A stretch of 64,000 nt of DNA from Thermodesulfobacteriota bacterium. Its GTDB lineage: Bacteria; Desulfobacterota; Desulfarculia; JACQYL01. Location of the stretch: assembly GCA_963675595.2 (NCBI GenBank), contig CAXXLZ010000002.1, forward strand, positions 2,240,001 through 2,304,000, in the 5' to 3' direction. Below the pieces are notes generated by a model that worked only from the letters and a program-made list of their open reading frames with translations, searched no databases and was not told the DNA's origin. Both the position numbers and the translations under genes were made by a program. How positions within the stretch are numbered: position 1 is the first letter of the stretch; every line of letters starts with the position of its first letter. This document shows, one piece after another, positions 28,407-39,738 of this stretch.

Positions 28407-29387
28407 TCAGATGTGAGTGAATCGGAACTCTCCTCTACCCAGAAGATCATGCAGATGCACCATACCTTTGAACCTTCTTTCGGTGTTCCGAATCACCAAG
28501 CAGGTGATCCCCTTTTGTTCCATGAGGTCCAGAGCTTCCAGCGCCTGGACATCCTCATGTACATAGACGGGGTCGGGAGTCATGATATCTTCGACCCGCA
28601 CATTCTGAAAATTCTCCATGCGAAGGACGGCCCTTCTAAGATCGCCGTCCGTAACAATTCCTTGTAGGTCCTCCTGCCGGTCCAAAACCAGGACCACTCC
28701 CAGGTTCAAGCGGTCGATCTCCTTGGCGGCATCCATCAAGGAAACCCCGGACAGGACCGCCGGCATTCGGTCTCCGGAAAGCATGATTTCCTTGACCTGA
28801 ATGGAGAGGCGGCGCCCGAGGGCGCCTCCCGGATGATATTTTCGAAACTCCGTCCTGCTGAATTTCCGCTTGGAGATCAAAGCCACGGAAAGAGCGTCCC
28901 CCATGGCCAACACCGCGGTGGTGCTCGTGGTGGGTGCCAATCCCAGTGGACAGGCCTCTCTGGCCACACCGACATCAATACAGATGTCGCTTGAACACGC
29001 CAGAGTGGAATCCATGTTCCCCACCAAAGCGATGATGCGTACGCCCATGTTCCTCAGGGAGGTGATCATGGCTTTGAGTTCTTCGGTTTCACCGCTGTTG
29101 GAAAGGATCAACGCAATGTCGCGGCTGGAAACCATACCCAGGTCCCCGTGCATGGCCTCCACCGGATGGAGGAAAAGCGCAGGGGTTCCCGTGCTGTTCA
29201 AAGTGGCCATGATCTTACGGCCGATAATGCCCGATTTGCCGATCCCGGACACCACCACGCGCCCTTTGCATGCGTAAACCTCTTCCACGGCTTGAACGAA
29301 GCGATCGTCCAACTTCGGCAGCAGTTCGAGTATGCCTTGCGCTTCCGTCTCCAGGACTTCTCTGGCCTGCTTGATCAGATCGTTCAC
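28407..29387 (-). CDS. kdsD: Arabinose 5-phosphate isomerase KdsD/GutQ (SIS + 2 CBS)
   Basis: GTG start overlapping the lgt stop; VSGIGKSG, FLHPVEAMHGDLG, SNSGET, EACPLGLAPTTST, HPGGALG, GIVTDGDLRR. Confidence 0.93.
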   Translation of the reverse strand: MNDLIKQAREVLETEAQGILELLPKLDDRFVQAVEEVYACKGRVVVSGIGKSGIIGRKIMATLNSTGTPALFLHPVEAMHGDLGMVSSRDIALILSNSGETEELKAMITSLRNMGVRIIALVGNMDSTLACSSDICIDVGVAREACPLGLAPTTSTTAVLAMGDALSVALISKRKFSRTEFRKYHPGGALGRRLSIQVKEIMLSGDRMPAVLSGVSLMDAAKEIDRLNLGVVLVLDRQEDLQGIVTDGDLRRAVLRMENFQNVRVEDIMTPDPVYVHEDVQALEALDLMEQKGITCLVIRNTERRFKGMVHLHDLLGRGEFRFTHI

Positions 29388-30151
29388 CGGGCCCCCCGCC
29401 CTCTTCTGAAAAACAGCCAAAGACCCACCGAAATCACCATCAGGCAGATGCTCACCAGTTGTGTTACGGTAAGTGCTCCGTGAAGCACCTCCCCTCGAAA
29501 ATCGCCTCGAAATCTTTCGATGATCAGCCTGGCCGTTGAGTGAAGAAAAATGTACAAACAAATTACTTGGCCATGCCTGGTTTTGTGCTTTCGGAAAAGC
29601 CAGAGAACTAAGAAGATAAGGAAAAGGCTTGCGGAAGAGTAAAGCTGGGTGGGATGCAGGGGGATTCCCCTTGGGGCCAGTGTGTCCGGGTTATTGAAGG
29701 TCACGGCGCAGAAGGCGTCTGTGGGCTTCCCGTAGCAGCATCCCGCGAAGAAGCATCCTATACGCCCGATGGCCTGCCCTATGGCGATGCCCGGCGCCAC
29801 CAAGTCCGCCGTTTGCCAGGGGTTCATTTTCCATCGTAGGACGAGAAGAAATCCCACGATCAAGGCCCCCACCAAGCCCCCGGAAAAGACCAAGCCTCCT
29901 TCCCAAATCTTGAATATGTCCAACGGAGCGTCGAGATATGCGCGCAGGTTCATCAGCACATAGAGGAGCCTGGAACCCAGAATGGCCGAAATCACCAGAT
30001 AAAAACACAGGTCGAGCATCTTCTGCCCATCGAGCCCCACCCGACGGGCCTCGCGAACCGAAAGAGCCACACCGGCCAGAAATCCGGTGGCGACCAAGAC
30101 CCCATAGGTGTGGATTGCAAACCTGCCGAAGCTGATGAGTTCAGGAAACAT
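29384..30151 (-). CDS. lgt: Prolipoprotein diacylglyceryl transferase
   Basis: IHTYG, GSRLLYV, IWEGGLVF, QAIGRIGCF, HPTQLY, ERFRGD. Confidence 0.95.
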   Translation of the reverse strand: MFPELISFGRFAIHTYGVLVATGFLAGVALSVREARRVGLDGQKMLDLCFYLVISAILGSRLLYVLMNLRAYLDAPLDIFKIWEGGLVFSGGLVGALIVGFLLVLRWKMNPWQTADLVAPGIAIGQAIGRIGCFFAGCCYGKPTDAFCAVTFNNPDTLAPRGIPLHPTQLYSSASLFLIFLVLWLFRKHKTRHGQVICLYIFLHSTARLIIERFRGDFRGEVLHGALTVTQLVSICLMVISVGLWLFFRRGRGAR

Positions 30152-30632
30152 TGGACCGGGTCTTGTCTCTCAAAATTCTGAACAGCAGCGTGAAGGAACC
30201 CACGGTAACCGACGAATCCGCTACGTTGAACGCGGGCCAGTGCAGGCTCCCCCAATAGACATCCAAGAAATCGACTACGTATCCCATCCACAACCGGTCG
30301 ATCAGGTTACCCCAAGCGCCGCCGAATACCAGCGCCAACCCTACGACCCACAGATACTCGCCCGGTCCCAGCCTCTTGAAAAAACGGAGGATAATCCACA
30401 TGGCAAGTATGGAAATCCCGGCGAACAACAGGGTCCGTCCCCACCCGGGCCGACCCGCGAACATGCCGAAAGCCACGCCCGTGTTTCTCACGTAGGTCAG
30501 ATTGAAGAAACCGTCGATGACCGGGACGGACTGGTGCAGCGCCATTTCCGCCCGTACCCAGGCTTTGGTGGCCTGGTCCAGAAGAATGACGCAGAACACG
30601 GAGCCCCAGAAGATGAGGTTTTTTATGAGCAC
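30141..30632 (-). CDS. lspA: Lipoprotein signal peptidase II
   Basis: LDQATK, NTGVAFG, GAWGNLIDR, VVDFLD, WPAFNVADS. Confidence 0.96.
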   Translation of the reverse strand: MLIKNLIFWGSVFCVILLDQATKAWVRAEMALHQSVPVIDGFFNLTYVRNTGVAFGMFAGRPGWGRTLLFAGISILAMWIILRFFKRLGPGEYLWVVGLALVFGGAWGNLIDRLWMGYVVDFLDVYWGSLHWPAFNVADSSVTVGSFTLLFRILRDKTRSNVS

Positions 30633-30650
30633 CAGTTTCCTCGCCGGCGA

Positions 30651-33458
30651 TTAGTCGGGCTGAACGCCCAGTTCCGCGAGTTGGGCGCCGCACATCCCAC
30701 AGACTTCGGGAAATCGTGCGTCTCCACCGATATCCTTTTTCCGTTTCCAGCACCGAGGGCATTTCTCCCCCGCCGATGCCTCGATATGGATGGCCAGCCC
30801 CTCGAACAGCTCACTGCGGAAGGCTTCGGCCGGCGCGTCACCCGTTCCCACTTCCAATTCGGAGACAATGGCCGCGGTCCGGAGATTGTCCAGTTGCCCG
30901 ACCACGAAATCACGCAGATTTTCCGGGGGAAACAGGATAACCCGAGCGTCCAGCGGATGTCCCACCACCTTGGACTTGCGTGCGGGTTCAATGGCGCGGG
31001 TGATCTCGTTCCTGAGGTTGAGTATCCGCTCCCACCTTTCTTCCAGTCCCGGATCCATCTTGGAGTCGTCCGGTACGGGGAACACGGCCATGTGCACCCC
31101 GGCCTCCCGATCCCGTGCTTGCGGCATGTATCCCCAAATCTCGTCGGCCGTGAAGGAAAGAATGGGCGCCATCAGGCGCACCAGGGCGTCCAAAATCTCG
31201 TACATGGCCGTTTGTGCCGCACGCCTCGACGGTGAGGCCGGAGGCGAAGTGTAGATTCGATCCTTGAGACCATCCAGGTAGAAAGCACTCATCTCCACAA
31301 CACAGAAACCGTGCACCGCGTGGTAGACCTTGTGATAGTCGAACGCGTCGTAGTCCCGACGTACACGCGCCGTCAGCTTGTGCAGCTTCAAGAGTGCGAA
31401 GCGGTCCACTTCCTCCAAGTCCGCGTACGGTACGGTATGCTCCAGGGGATCGAAATCATGCAGATTTCCCAAGAGAAACCGCCAAGTGTTTCGGATGCGT
31501 CGATACGATTCGGTCAAACGCTGGAGAATCTCTTCGGACAGTCGGATGTCGTCCCGATAGTCCTCGGCGGAAACCCAAAGACGAAGAATCTCCGCCCCGT
31601 ATTTCTTGATCACTTGTTCGGGAGCCACCACATTGCCCATGGACTTGGACATCTTCCTGCCATCGCCGTCCACCACGAAACCGTGAGTAAGCACGGTCCT
31701 GTACGGGGCGCCGCCGCGGTTCGCCATGGACACCAGCAGAGAGCTGTGAAACCAGCCGCGATGCTGGTCGCTTCCCTCAAGGTACATCTCCGCCGGGTAT
31801 CCTAAATAGTCCCGGTCTTCCAGTACCGCAGCCCAGCTCGTCCCGGAGTCGAACCAAACGTCCAGAATGTCCGTCTCCTTCTTGATTTCCCCGCTCCCGC
31901 ACTTGGAGCAGCGGGTGTTGGGCGGCACCAGTTCCGAAACCGATCGTTCGAACCACACATCCGCCGAGTGTTCCTCCACCAGGGAAACCACATGATCCAG
32001 AATCTCCCGATTCATCACCGTCTCGCCGCAGTCGGCACACTGGAACAAAGTGATGGGCACTCCCCAAGCACGTTGTCTCGAGATGCACCAGTCCGGACGG
32101 CCCTCGATCATGCCGTAGATCCTCTCCCGTCCCCATGAAGGCAGCCAAGTGACTTGATCGATGGCCTCCAGAGTCTTCCGCCGCAGGTCGTTCTTTTCCA
32201 TGGAAATGAACCACTGGGGAGTTGAACGGAAGATCACCGGCTGCTTGCATCGCCAGCAATGGGGGTACGAATGGGAGAATTGTTCCTGGTGTACGAGATT
32301 GCCCGCCTCCTCCAGTTTCTTGATGACGTGACCGTTGGCGTCGAACACGAACATGCCCGCGAAGTACTCCACGTCTTTTGTAAATTTCCCCTCGTCGTCC
32401 ACCGGAGAATAGATGTCCAATCCGTATCTGAGGCCGGATTCATAGTCCTCCCTACCGTGTCCGGGAGCGGTGTGCACGCATCCCGTGCCGGCTTCGAGGG
32501 TAACATAAGGGGCCAGCAGGACCAAGGATTCGCGGTCGTACAGAGGATGTCGGCACTTGAGGCCTTCCAGCACCCCGCCGTTGAAAGTATCGAGAATCTC
32601 GTACCGCTCAATCCCGAATACGCTCATGCAGGCCAACAGCAGACCTTCCGCCACGATGAGAACCTCTTCCCCGGCTCTCACGGCAACGTAGTTGAAGTCG
32701 GGATGCACCGCTACGGCAAGGTTCGCCGGAATAGTCCAGGGAGTGGTGGTCCAGATGACCATGGAAACCTTCTCCCCTTTCAGGGCCGGCACCCTTTCTC
32801 CCGCGTCGGATATCATGGGAAAGCGAACGAAGATGCTGGGGGAGCGGTGGTCGTGGTATTCGACTTCGGCCTCAGCCAAGGCGGTCCGGCATGAGTTGCA
32901 CCAGTAAATGGGCTTCTTGCTGCGAATAACGCCGCCGTTCAGGTAAACGTTGCCGAATTCCCGAACGATAATGGACTGATACCGCTGCGCCTTGGTAAGG
33001 TAGGGGTTTTCCCATTCCCCCAAAACGCCCAATCGCTTGAATTCCCCGCGCTGAATGTCGATGAAGGAGTCGGCGTACTCGCTGCAACGCTTTCTGATCT
33101 CAGCCACGGACATCCGGTTCTTGGCCTCGCCAAGCTCTTTTTCCACCTGATGTTCAATGGGTAATCCATGGCAATCCCAACCGGGGACGTAAACCGCGTC
33201 AAATCCGGACATCTGATGAGATTTGACCACGATGTCCTTGAGGATCTTGTTGAAGGCGGTCCCCATGTGGATGTGCCCGTTGGCGTAAGGCGGGCCGTCG
33301 TGAAGAATATAGCGTTCTCTGCCCCGGGAAATTTCACGAATCTTATGGTAAAGCCTGTTTTCTTCCCATTTCTTGAGCAGTTCCGGCTCGAGTTTCACCA
33401 AGTTCGCTTTCATCGGAAAGGAAGTGGTGGGCAAATTCAGTGTGCTTTTGTAGTCCAT
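30651..33458 (-). CDS. ileS: Isoleucine--tRNA ligase
   Basis: [10 protein letters not shown]; [14 protein letters not shown]; PGWDCHGLP; WTTTPWT; DWCISRQR; [10 protein letters not shown]; KMSKS; C-terminal CPRCW..C..C. Confidence 0.98.
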   Translation of the reverse strand: MDYKSTLNLPTTSFPMKANLVKLEPELLKKWEENRLYHKIREISRGRERYILHDGPPYANGHIHMGTAFNKILKDIVVKSHQMSGFDAVYVPGWDCHGLPIEHQVEKELGEAKNRMSVAEIRKRCSEYADSFIDIQRGEFKRLGVLGEWENPYLTKAQRYQSIIVREFGNVYLNGGVIRSKKPIYWCNSCRTALAEAEVEYHDHRSPSIFVRFPMISDAGERVPALKGEKVSMVIWTTTPWTIPANLAVAVHPDFNYVAVRAGEEVLIVAEGLLLACMSVFGIERYEILDTFNGGVLEGLKCRHPLYDRESLVLLAPYVTLEAGTGCVHTAPGHGREDYESGLRYGLDIYSPVDDEGKFTKDVEYFAGMFVFDANGHVIKKLEEAGNLVHQEQFSHSYPHCWRCKQPVIFRSTPQWFISMEKNDLRRKTLEAIDQVTWLPSWGRERIYGMIEGRPDWCISRQRAWGVPITLFQCADCGETVMNREILDHVVSLVEEHSADVWFERSVSELVPPNTRCSKCGSGEIKKETDILDVWFDSGTSWAAVLEDRDYLGYPAEMYLEGSDQHRGWFHSSLLVSMANRGGAPYRTVLTHGFVVDGDGRKMSKSMGNVVAPEQVIKKYGAEILRLWVSAEDYRDDIRLSEEILQRLTESYRRIRNTWRFLLGNLHDFDPLEHTVPYADLEEVDRFALLKLHKLTARVRRDYDAFDYHKVYHAVHGFCVVEMSAFYLDGLKDRIYTSPPASPSRRAAQTAMYEILDALVRLMAPILSFTADEIWGYMPQARDREAGVHMAVFPVPDDSKMDPGLEERWERILNLRNEITRAIEPARKSKVVGHPLDARVILFPPENLRDFVVGQLDNLRTAAIVSELEVGTGDAPAEAFRSELFEGLAIHIEASAGEKCPRCWKRKKDIGGDARFPEVCGMCGAQLAELGVQPD

Positions 33459-33521
33459 GAAGTCCTCCGGCGCTCCCCGCAGAATTCGAAATGCGAAATA
33501 GACCACACGGGATGGAGGTTG

Positions 33522-34589
33522 TCAAGAGTTGCAGCGTTTCGGAATGGATCTTGCACGATCCAGAAGGGCGCGGAGGAGGGCGTAGGTTTGCAGCACGTCC
33601 TGCTCACAGGCCAAGCTCACGGGAGAATGAATATAACGACAAGGCACGCTCACCACCGCGGTGAGGACTCCACTCCCCGACAAGTGAATGGCGCCTGCAT
33701 TCGTCCCCCCGGTAAGGGGCCGTTTGACCTGATGACGGATTTCCAGTTCCTTGGCAACCTCAAGAATGAATTCCACCAGTTCCGGCCGGACCAAGATGCT
33801 TCTGTCCGCCACGGTCACGGCGGGACCGAACCCCACTTGGGCGGGCCGGCGGTGCTTGGGAAAACCCGGCGTATCACCGGTGGTCCCTTCCACTGCAAAG
33901 GCCAAGTCCGGGCGAATCCGGTTCGCCGCGGTGGTCGCCCCGCGCAATCCCGTTTCTTCCTGCACCGAAAAATTGGCCACAAGAGTGTAATCCGGGGGTT
34001 GGCGAGAGAAGTGCTCCATCAATGCGACCAGCAGGGCGCAGCCCACACGATCGTCCAATGCCTTGCCCGTAAAGGTGCCGCCCGCCAGACGCGTAAAAGG
34101 TACGGAAAGCACTCCCGGAACGCCCACGGTGATGCCCAGGCCCTCCGCTTCTTCTCCGGAACTTGCGCCCACGTCGATGAACAGGTCTTCCACCTGGAAA
34201 GGTTTCTTCTGCTCCTCGGGCCCTTGGGTGTGGGGCGGCGGCGTGCCGATGACTCCTTGAACGATCTTCCCGTGCCGTGATAGCAACTCCACCTGATGCG
34301 CGGGCAGAACCCTCGTATCCCAACCTCCCAGCGTGACGAAACGCAGCCGGCCGTCTTCTTCCACGCAGCTCACCATCAGCCCCACTTCGTCCATATGGGC
34401 GTCCACCATCACGCTGAAATCTCGCCCTTCGTTGAGAACGGCCGAAAGATTCCCAAGCGCGTCGGTTTCCAGACGGACATCGAGTGCGGCAAGCCGCCCA
34501 CGTATGATGTTTCGCACCTCGCCCTCATGTCCACTGACCCCGAAGGCAAGGGAGAGTTGTCGGATGCTGTCCAATATAGAGTCGATCAT
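33522..34589 (-). CDS. M42-family (TET-type) aminopeptidase
   Basis: GVSGHE, AHMDEVG, GKALDDRVG, VQEETG, GGTNAG, RYIHSP. Confidence 0.92.
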   Translation of the reverse strand: MIDSILDSIRQLSLAFGVSGHEGEVRNIIRGRLAALDVRLETDALGNLSAVLNEGRDFSVMVDAHMDEVGLMVSCVEEDGRLRFVTLGGWDTRVLPAHQVELLSRHGKIVQGVIGTPPPHTQGPEEQKKPFQVEDLFIDVGASSGEEAEGLGITVGVPGVLSVPFTRLAGGTFTGKALDDRVGCALLVALMEHFSRQPPDYTLVANFSVQEETGLRGATTAANRIRPDLAFAVEGTTGDTPGFPKHRRPAQVGFGPAVTVADRSILVRPELVEFILEVAKELEIRHQVKRPLTGGTNAGAIHLSGSGVLTAVVSVPCRYIHSPVSLACEQDVLQTYALLRALLDRARSIPKRCNS

Positions 34590-35056
34590 GGATTCTTCAC
34601 CAGCCCCCTCACCGCGCGGAAAAGGCCATCCACGGTCAGGACCCCGATGGGACGGTTTCCGTCCACCACGGGCAAACCCGGAAGGTCCCGCCCCACAAAT
34701 TTGTCGAAGGCTTCCATTATGGACGCCGATGGGCTGATGCAGACATTGGCGTGCATCACTTCCCGGACGCGCCGCTTGGATTCAAGCCTGCAATGGCGGC
34801 TCACATTCTCCACGTCCAAATCGTCTCCCGGACGGCATGAGGAATCGAAAACGGATTTCATCCGCTTGAGAATATCCCGAACACAGATGACTCCTCGAAA
34901 CTGCTTTCGATCACCGTCCACAATAAGAACGCGGCAGGACGTACCTGAAGATTCCTGCTGTCGGAAACGCTCCACGGCCTCGGCCAAGTCGGCGTCTTCC
35001 GAAATCGTGTCAACGGAGGCGTCCATGAACTCCCAGACGTGTTTCTTGAACGGCAT
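34586..35056 (-). CDS. CBS-domain protein
   Basis: Two CBS-like repeats (FRGVICVRDIL; LPVVDGNRPIGVLT); overlaps the peptidase start. Confidence 0.8.
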   Translation of the reverse strand: MPFKKHVWEFMDASVDTISEDADLAEAVERFRQQESSGTSCRVLIVDGDRKQFRGVICVRDILKRMKSVFDSSCRPGDDLDVENVSRHCRLESKRRVREVMHANVCISPSASIMEAFDKFVGRDLPGLPVVDGNRPIGVLTVDGLFRAVRGLVKNP

Positions 35057-35124
35057 ACTTTATTTCTCTCGCAAAACCGCTTCCATTGGTGAAGGCGGAA
35101 ATGAGTGGAGTTCGTTCATCCCCG

Positions 35125-37689
35125 TTAGGACTGGTCCGCCCACGCCACCTGTCCCATGGCATAGATGTTCCCGATCAGTTTGTGGTAGGGAAGCACACGA
35201 ACCGTAGCCCCGATACTTCCCGTGGCCCGGGTTTCCACCTCACACCGGAATCGGTACACCCCGTGGCCTTCCTCCGCGTAGGGCTCCATTTTCTCCGTTT
35301 CCCTCTCGATGAAATCGCCTTCAGGTTCCAACACGCCATAATAAGTCTGTACCAGCACATCCTCCGGTTTGAGGTCTCCAAGCTCCACGCGCGAGGAAAT
35401 TTCCAAAGCCTCACCCACTATGCGCGTGGGGGGAGTCGAGGTGGTGACTTCGGTCACCTTCACTTCCGGCCAATGCATCATGACTTTCTGGCGCCACTGG
35501 GCCAATTCCTTGGCCTTGGCGAATCCGTCCTCCCGAAGTCCGGTCCAGTTTCGCGCGGACGGCATGTAACACTTGCGTGTATACTCTTCAACCATACGGT
35601 GGGAGTTGAACACCGGACAAAGGTTGCGCATGGAGAGTTTCAACTTCTTCAGCCATTGCCGAGGGAGACCGTCCTCTCCACGGTCATAGAAAAGCGGGAC
35701 GATCTCTTTCTCCAGGAGATCGTAGATGTTGCGGCTTTCCACTTCGTCCTGATACTTGACGTCCTTATATTCTTCTCCGGAGCCGATGGCCCAACCATTG
35801 TCCAATGTGTAAGCCTCGGCCCACCATCCGTCCAAAACGCTAAGGTTCAACCCGCCGTTGGCACTGGCTTTCATCCCGCTCGTGCCGCAGGCTTCCAGCG
35901 GTCTCAAGGGCGTATTGAGCCAGATGTCCGCACCCTGAACCAGGTATCTCGCCACATTGATGTCGTAGTCCTCTATAAAAATGACCCGCTGTCTGAATCG
36001 CTCCAGCCCGGCCACATGAACGATCTTCTTGATGAACTCCTTGCCCGCCACATCCTGGGGATGCGCCTTGCCTGCGAAGATCACCTGTACCTGCTTGTCC
36101 TTGTTGTTGAGAATCCTGGATAAACGATCCAGGTCCTGGAGCAGAAGAATCGCTCGTTTGTATGTGGCGAACCGTCTCGAAAAACCGATGGTCAGGCATT
36201 CCGCGTTGAGTACTTCCTGAGAGGATTCAATCTCTCTTCTGGAAGCGCCTCTTCTTTCCAGCTGCGCGCGAAGTCGAGACCGTGCGAAGGAAACCAGTCT
36301 CTCCCGGAGCCTTTCCCGAGCACGCCACATTTCCGTATCGGGGATATGCGTCACCCGATCCCACAATCGTTCGTGATCCGGATCTTCCACCCACCGGGGA
36401 CCGAGGTAACGATGATATAGATTGGCTACCTCGTCGGATATCCAAGACGGAATATGAATGCCGTTGGTGATGGGCATGATGGGCACGTCTTCCACGGGAA
36501 AATGACGCCACACCGGTTGCCACATCTTCCTCGACACCTTTTCGTGCAGTTTGCTTACCGCGTTGCTCGTGGAAGACAACCGAAGCGCGAGCACGGTCAT
36601 ACAGAACTCTTCCTGGCTGTCCCAAGGATTGGCTCGCCCGTAGCCCAGAAGAGTCTGGATGTTCAGCCCTAAAGTCGGCGCGTAATCGGTAAAATACTCC
36701 CGCATCAACTCGTTGCTGAAGTAATCATTGCCTGCGGGCACGGGCGTGTGGGTGGTGAATACATTGGACGCGATGACCAATTCTCTGGCCTCATCGAAGG
36801 TCAGCCCATGCTCCTCTCTGAGCATGCGGATGCGTTCAAGACTCACAAACGCGGAGTGGCCCTCGTTCATATGAAATACACTGGGCTCAATCCCCATGGC
36901 TTTGAGAGCCCGCACACCGCCGATGCCCAAAAGGATCTCCTGCCGGACGCGCATCTCCCGATCCCCACCGTACAGCTGGGCCGTGGTGTCCCTGAATTCC
37001 ACGGGATTCCGATCAATGTTGGTATCCAGCAGATACAGAGGAATCCGGCCTACCTGCACCTTCCACACCTGCGCGTAAACGGGCCGGTTACGAAAGGAAA
37101 CCTGCACGACAACGGGATCCCCGTGCTCATCCTTGACAACGCTCAAAGGAAGCTGCGGGAAGTCGTTACTGGGATAAGTCTCCTGCTGCCAGCCCTCGTA
37201 GTTCAGGTACTGTCGGAAGTAGCCCTTCTGATAAAGCAGCCCGACCCCCACAAGGGGCAAATTCAAATCGCTGGAGGATTTGAGGTGATCTCCGGACAAT
37301 ATCCCAAGACCGCCGGAATAGATGGGCAGGCTTTCCGCCAAACCGTATTCGGCGGAAAAGTACGCCGTGAGAAAAGTGTCCGGCGTATCGGCGTCCAAGA
37401 TGTTACATTTCTTCTTTCCTACGTAATCATCGATCAGGGAAGCGGCACGCTCAAGGTGGGCCAGAAATCCTTCGTCCTTGGCCGCCTCATCAAGCGTCCT
37501 CTGCTCGATACTGTTCAACATGCGTACGGGATTGTGTTCGCATTTCTCCCACAAGGAACGATCCAATCTCTCGAAAACCGAGTAGACCTCGGGGTTCCAC
37601 ACGAACCAAAGGTTGTAGGCCAGCTTGGTCAACATTCTGAGCTGCTCCGGGAGCGCCGGCAGCACGTTGAATCGAAGTACCGGTTTCAT
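35125..37689 (-). CDS. glgP: Alpha-glucan (glycogen) phosphorylase
   Basis: AYFSAEYG, YSGGLG, HMNEGH, TTHTPVPAG, RRFATYKR, AGKAHP, EACGTSGMK, LDGWW. Confidence 0.96.
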   Translation of the reverse strand: MKPVLRFNVLPALPEQLRMLTKLAYNLWFVWNPEVYSVFERLDRSLWEKCEHNPVRMLNSIEQRTLDEAAKDEGFLAHLERAASLIDDYVGKKKCNILDADTPDTFLTAYFSAEYGLAESLPIYSGGLGILSGDHLKSSSDLNLPLVGVGLLYQKGYFRQYLNYEGWQQETYPSNDFPQLPLSVVKDEHGDPVVVQVSFRNRPVYAQVWKVQVGRIPLYLLDTNIDRNPVEFRDTTAQLYGGDREMRVRQEILLGIGGVRALKAMGIEPSVFHMNEGHSAFVSLERIRMLREEHGLTFDEARELVIASNVFTTHTPVPAGNDYFSNELMREYFTDYAPTLGLNIQTLLGYGRANPWDSQEEFCMTVLALRLSSTSNAVSKLHEKVSRKMWQPVWRHFPVEDVPIMPITNGIHIPSWISDEVANLYHRYLGPRWVEDPDHERLWDRVTHIPDTEMWRARERLRERLVSFARSRLRAQLERRGASRREIESSQEVLNAECLTIGFSRRFATYKRAILLLQDLDRLSRILNNKDKQVQVIFAGKAHPQDVAGKEFIKKIVHVAGLERFRQRVIFIEDYDINVARYLVQGADIWLNTPLRPLEACGTSGMKASANGGLNLSVLDGWWAEAYTLDNGWAIGSGEEYKDVKYQDEVESRNIYDLLEKEIVPLFYDRGEDGLPRQWLKKLKLSMRNLCPVFNSHRMVEEYTRKCYMPSARNWTGLREDGFAKAKELAQWRQKVMMHWPEVKVTEVTTSTPPTRIVGEALEISSRVELGDLKPEDVLVQTYYGVLEPEGDFIERETEKMEPYAEEGHGVYRFRCEVETRATGSIGATVRVLPYHKLIGNIYAMGQVAWADQS

Positions 37690-37801
37690 AATCCGTTCCC
37701 TTCGTTTCGTTCCAAGTCATAAAATATTGTTCGGAAGTTTGAGATGCGATACGAAGATCACTCATGGTATGTATTGGAAAGCCGGGCTCAATGCAAGCCA
37801 T

Positions 37802-37956
37802 TTAGCAGACCGGCGAACAGTGCGGTCTCATGCGTTGTGCGTCATCCCTCGTCATTGCGACGGATTCCGTGTACGTTACACTTCTCGGGATTCGCGGGCC
37901 TTACACGTCATAACTTTTCACCGATCTGCAACAAACGGACTTTTTTAACGGGCCGA
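37802..37956. mobile_element. Degenerate second copy of the MITE at 1290-1448
   Basis: Collinear over the whole length, e.g. GCGTTGTGCGTCATCCCTCGTCATTGCGACG vs GCGTTGCGCTTCATCCCTCGTCACTGCGACG, and TTTTTTAACGGGC vs TTTTTTCAACGGGC. Confidence 0.75.
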
Positions 37957-38015
37957 AGGTAGGCGGCGCACAATCGTTCTTCCCGTTATTGCCAACCTTA
38001 ATAAGGAACGAGGTC

Positions 38016-39011
38016 ATGCAGAACTCTTTGGGTCAATTGCTCCTTATCGGATTCCACGGTGTCGAACCGCCACAGGAACTAATGAACCTCATCGACGACA
38101 TCCAATTGGGGGGAATCATCCTTTTCAAGAGAAACATCGAAGGAGAAGAGCAACTATATTCCCTCGCCCGACGGGTGCAGGATCACGCCCGAAAGAGAGG
38201 CATTCCGACCTTGTTCAACGCCGTGGACCAGGAAGGGGGCGTCGTGGCCCGGCTAAGCGCTCCTTTTACCGTCTTTTCCTCCCAAGGAGAGCTGCCGCCT
38301 GAAACCACGTATGATGATTGTTTTCGGCGGGGGGCCCAAATGGCTGAAGACCTTCACCGAGCCGGATTCAATTTGAATTTGGCCCCGGTGCTCGATGTAT
38401 CCATGCCCGGCGATGTGTCGAAAAACGGCTTGCGCTGCTTCTCTTCGGATCCGACTCGGGTGGCCGAATTGGGCATAGGCCTGATCCGCGGACTACAGGA
38501 GCACGGCATTGCGGCCTGCGCCAAACATTTCCCCGGCCTGGGACGCGCGGAACGGGACCCCCACCAATCACTTCCCACGGTACCGGGTTCCATGGGACGC
38601 GAACTTATCCCTTTCCGGGCGGCTGTCGCACAAGACGTGAGCTGCGTCATGATGGGCCACGCTCTGTATCCCGATTACGATCCGGATCGGCAGGCGAGTC
38701 TTTCCCAAACGCTGATCGAGGAAGTCCTTAGGAAGGATTTGGGCTTCCAGGGATTGGTGCTTTCCGACGACTTGGAAATGGGAGCCGTCGCCAATCAATA
38801 CTCCCTGGCGGACTCGGTGGTGCTGTCCTTTGAAGCGGGTTGCGACGTTCTCCTTGTCTGCAGCCGTATGGAGGAAGTGGCCGACTGTGTGAAGGTCTTG
38901 TCGCGGGAAATCGAAAAAAGCTCGGCTATGAAACGGCGGCTGGAAGAATCCCTCAGGCGGGTTGCATGGGCCAAGGAGCGAATTGCCCGGCCGGGTGAGT
39001 TCCATTCATGA
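38016..39011 (+). CDS. nagZ: Beta-N-acetylhexosaminidase (GH3)
   Basis: GGIILFKRN, DQEGGVV, APVLD, KHFPGLG..DPH, SDDLEM; RBS GAGG. Confidence 0.93.
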   Translation: MQNSLGQLLLIGFHGVEPPQELMNLIDDIQLGGIILFKRNIEGEEQLYSLARRVQDHARKRGIPTLFNAVDQEGGVVARLSAPFTVFSSQGELPPETTYDDCFRRGAQMAEDLHRAGFNLNLAPVLDVSMPGDVSKNGLRCFSSDPTRVAELGIGLIRGLQEHGIAACAKHFPGLGRAERDPHQSLPTVPGSMGRELIPFRAAVAQDVSCVMMGHALYPDYDPDRQASLSQTLIEEVLRKDLGFQGLVLSDDLEMGAVANQYSLADSVVLSFEAGCDVLLVCSRMEEVADCVKVLSREIEKSSAMKRRLEESLRRVAWAKERIARPGEFHS

Positions 39012-39129
39012 TCAAGGCAACCATCGACGAGATTGGGGCGAAATACCGCCCCGGCGGGAGTTGAGGGCTTCGGCCGAGCCTTCCGTTCCGGAGAATCCGG
39101 CACATGACTCGGCGAGAGGGCGGATCGAC

Positions 39130-39495
39130 TCAGTTCACGGGCTGGTCGGCCGGCGGAGGAGAAGGACTCCGCGTTTTGGATCCCAGGCTCTTCATGTCCT
39201 GCAGCAGACGGTTGGTGGCCTCTTCAAGACGTACCAGGTCCTTTTCTTGTATGGTTCGCGCGTCCAGATTCTGCATCACCGTCTTCAGGCGCTCGAAATG
39301 ATCGATGGTTTCAGGATCCAGCAGAGAATCCGACAGTGATTCGTTCACCTCCAGGATGGTTTCGATGCAACTCTCGATCCTCAAACGATAGGTTTCCACC
39401 CGGTGAACCTCCGAAATCCCGGCACCGTCGGATTCCGCCGTTGTCGCCGGCGGTTTCTTCCTTCCCAAGTTCTTCAACCAACGGGATATTTTCAT
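39130..39495 (-). CDS. Hypothetical helical protein, 121 aa
   Basis: RBS GGGAG, protein-like amphipathic composition, fills the gap between nagZ and bioA. Confidence 0.65.
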   Translation of the reverse strand: MKISRWLKNLGRKKPPATTAESDGAGISEVHRVETYRLRIESCIETILEVNESLSDSLLDPETIDHFERLKTVMQNLDARTIQEKDLVRLEEATNRLLQDMKSLGSKTRSPSPPPADQPVN

Positions 39496-39738
39496 GCGTT
39501 AGGTCTCCCGTGGTCCGGTCCGTCAATGCACCTCAGGGGTGGATACTCCTTCTTGCCGGACAAACACGCGAACAAACAGCCTCCTGCTTTCCGCGTTTTC
39601 AATGGCCGCATTATAACGGAGGCCCCACGTGGAATCAAGGAGACCGAAAATAGGGCCTCCCTCGTTTTTCCGCCGCAGTATCCGCCTCTTTCCGACGATA
39701 CGTCCCGCATACGCCCCGTTGTTTTTTTTCTTTTTTTA

